Shown here: positions 61,977 to 64,000 of the stretch, one piece after another
How positions within the stretch are numbered: the first letter of the stretch is position 1
Layout of the letters: each line of letters begins with the position of its first letter
Assembly: GCA_050010755.1 (NCBI GenBank)
Contig: JBEKKK010000003.1
Location: 32,001 to 96,000, forward strand
DNA length: 64,000 bases
From: Candidatus Bathyarchaeia archaeon
GTDB lineage: Archaea > Thermoproteota > Bathyarchaeia > Bathyarchaeales > Bathycorpusculaceae
Direction: 5' to 3'
The notes under the pieces: generated by a model
Told to the model about the DNA's origin: nothing
Databases searched by the model: none
The model's input: only the letters and a program-made list of their open reading frames with translations
Program-made: the position numbers and the translations under genes

Positions 61977-63224
61977 CTAGTTTTTCGGTCGCTGAGTCAG
62001 CTTGTTGTCCACTTTCGATCGCAAGACTTTGCGTGTCCCGAGTTTTTTTCTGAAGGTGAGTGCAGCAATCATTGTGGCAATCATGAAAACAAGAATCAAG
62101 GATAGTGCTGGAAACTCTGGCACGGTCGCATTTTGAATTTCGATACTTACGACAAAATGAACCCAGTACTTGCCCTGCGTGAGTAGCCCTTCAGGTCCTA
62201 CAATGGCAAGTTGGAGGGGAGCCATATCTGAGGTAAGATTTGCATCGTTGTAGTAGTACGCGATAATCGGCGTGAGAGGCTGCGTTTGATTTACTAGTTG
62301 CCCAGTAGAATTGTCGAATGTCGTCCAATTGCCACTCAGCTGTAAATAGTTAAGTCTTATGGTGTAGTTGTCTGAGGCGGTGATAAGGAGACTAGTTTCG
62401 TTGTTCAATCCGCCCACAAGATTGCACAGGGTTGTTACCAAGATTCCTGTGTAATTGCCAGCATCTTGGGGGATGCCTAACGAATTTAGTATCCCTCCGT
62501 AGGCTCTGATAGCTGGCAGATTGCTCAGCCTCGTTTCGTTGATGGTTAATGGCGTGCCGTTTAGAGCCACTAGCGTCAAGTTCAAAGGCGGCAGGTTCGG
62601 GTGCACTTCAAGGCTCGTAACGTTCGTCACCCAGAGCTTTCCGTCTGTTAACAAGCCTTCAGGTCCAACGATTGCCAGTTCAAGTGGTCCAGCCGCTGAG
62701 GATAGGTTCTGGTCGTTGTAATAGTACGCGAGGATAGGCGTCAAAGTTTGGTTAGCTTGCACTTGGTTGCCTGTCACATTGTCATAGGTGTTTAGTCCTG
62801 TCCCGTTCAATGCGTCGTAGCTTAGGGTTTGCAAATAATCCGGTGCTGATATGGTAACGCTGTAACCGTTGCCTATCGTGTTAGGGTCATCGTTTACCAT
62901 GTTAAGGAACGTCGTAAGTGGCACACCGGTGTAAGTGCCATTGCTCTCTATAGTACCGCCCCCTGTCCTTAGCCCACCGTAACCCTCGTAGGACGCCAGG
63001 CTGCCAATTTCGTTCTCATGGAGCACGATTTGGGTGCCGTTAAGAGCCTCAACCGTCAAGGTAATTGGAGGAAGACTGCTCGCAGCATACACGTGCGGCT
63101 GCCAAGCAACTGCTCCAATTATGATTATTGAAATTGCAAGAACCATTGCGAACAGACATTTTCCGAAGGATCGGTTTCGGCTCGAAATAATCATGCTCAA
63201 GTTTAGACTTCTCCCTTCTACCAC
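61977..63224 (-). CDS. cell-surface protein with two tandem molybdopterin-binding-like (sulfite-oxidase-fold-like) domains and PEF-CTERM anchor
   Basis: Two ~160-aa repeats YTG.....L...ILAYYYND..L....PL.LAIVGPEGLLT.GK.WV..V.S.E; VPEF + TM + basic tail. Confidence 0.7.
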   Translation of the reverse strand: MVEGRSLNLSMIISSRNRSFGKCLFAMVLAISIIIIGAVAWQPHVYAASSLPPITLTVEALNGTQIVLHENEIGSLASYEGYGGLRTGGGTIESNGTYTGVPLTTFLNMVNDDPNTIGNGYSVTISAPDYLQTLSYDALNGTGLNTYDNVTGNQVQANQTLTPILAYYYNDQNLSSAAGPLELAIVGPEGLLTDGKLWVTNVTSLEVHPNLPPLNLTLVALNGTPLTINETRLSNLPAIRAYGGILNSLGIPQDAGNYTGILVTTLCNLVGGLNNETSLLITASDNYTIRLNYLQLSGNWTTFDNSTGQLVNQTQPLTPIIAYYYNDANLTSDMAPLQLAIVGPEGLLTQGKYWVHFVVSIEIQNATVPEFPALSLILVFMIATMIAALTFRKKLGTRKVLRSKVDNKLTQRPKN

Positions 63225-63255
63225 TCACTGAATTTGTTCGTTAAGTCTCTGGACG

Positions 63256-63278
63256 ATATAAAAACATTCCGAGCTCGC
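63256..63278 (-). promoter_or_regulatory. TATA-containing promoter motif upstream of 61977..63224, shared with tupA promoter
   Basis: Near-identical 23-mer to 61128..61150. Confidence 0.6.
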
Positions 63279-63351
63279 TCGAAAATCGCCAAAAGAATTA
63301 ACATCTGATGTTAGAACCACTGATGGGATCAGGTTTAAAATGAGCCTCCTT

Positions 63352-63585
63352 CTAGGAGGCTGTTTTTCTCTCTTCATTCAGTTCGTGCAGTATTACCAGG
63401 GCTTCACCTAATGAGATCTTCAACCTGGCGGCCAAATCCGCAGGCGTTGTCTCAGGCTTTTCGGAGAGAATAACTAATCTCGTGTAGCCTTTGTGGCTCG
63501 GATACATCACCAGCGAGTGGACCGCCTCGATTAATATCGGCCACAATTCGTTCTTCGAATAATCCTCCAAGTTCATACGCACCAC
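63352..63585 (-). CDS. small hypothetical protein with C-terminal HTH-like segment
   Basis: TPADLAARLKISLGEALVIL. Confidence 0.6.
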   Translation of the reverse strand: MVRMNLEDYSKNELWPILIEAVHSLVMYPSHKGYTRLVILSEKPETTPADLAARLKISLGEALVILHELNEERKTAS

Positions 63586-63850
63586 GTCGAAAAGAACTTA
63601 CTTGCAAACAAGAATATTCAGTTTGTTCTTTAAGCTTGCACTACGACGTGACGATCATGGAGGAAAGAACCGCGAACCAAACCGCTTTTCGGTTCTTAAT
63701 TTAAGGAGCAAAGATTTCAATCAGTGGTTCAAAAATAGGAAAACGAGAAAGAATTCAAGCTGTGCTGTAATACGCAATAGAAACGCGTTCCACAAACGTT
63801 AATTCCTCAAATTGCCTATTCTTTCCTCCTGAAAGGAGAGAGGAGTCGGT

Positions 63851-64000
63851 TTGTCTAGGAAGACTGTTTCTATAATGATTCTGTTTTTGTTGGTGATTAG
63901 CACACTCACATTGGCTTTTAAGATTCAATCAGTCAAGGCAGACAGCGGAACCGGTACCATCAACAGCGCGCCCGAAACATTTTATTTCCATTCGACACAT
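63851..64000 (+). CDS. secreted protein, 5' partial view
   Basis: GGAGAGAGGAG then TTG: MSRKTVSIMILFLLVISTLTLAFKIQSVKA signal peptide; open to window end. Confidence 0.7.
   Translation, partial: MSRKTVSIMILFLLVISTLTLAFKIQSVKADSGTGTINSAPETFYFHSTH

Noticed and set aside
1-64000. CRISPR array, rRNA, SRP or RNase P RNA, integrase or transposase
   Set aside because: No regularly spaced repeats or recognisable signatures found by eye; weak ncRNAs could be missed.

Overview
Archaeal chromosomal DNA, most consistent with Bathyarchaeia. The evidence is the TACK-type nop5-fibrillarin-HTH-rnhB order, dockerin-like domains on exported proteins, a PEF-CTERM protein, cdrS-ftsZ and many TTG starts. Most of the window is housekeeping: uppS, htpX, ileS, pyrKD, nop5/flpA, rnhB, trm1, metG, ftsZ, mtaB, pncB, tupABC/modE, tRNA-Lys(CTT) and tRNA-Ala(CGC). 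Two accessory blocks flank trm1. (i) About 22.0-27.5 kb holds short unrelated genes, two of them broken, with most junctions marked by a CTAGCGCGCGCTAG-like palindrome and an imperfect ~50-bp direct repeat around a lone oppB. (ii) About 28.9-33.5 kb is a compact cassette: a divergent SelO-like (AMPylase/pseudokinase fold) protein, a coiled-coil/helical protein with a His/Gly tail, a membrane-anchored Zn-ribbon protein and a convergent GNAT. This cassette is the best candidate for an undescribed system. Other oddities: an APH-fold pseudokinase near two tandem ChlI-vWA fusions, dockerin-fused solute-binding proteins, an apparently ACG-initiated mtaB, and a 23-bp promoter motif shared by tupA and a duplicated molybdopterin-binding-like surface protein. 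All family calls come from motif recognition by eye; no searches were run.
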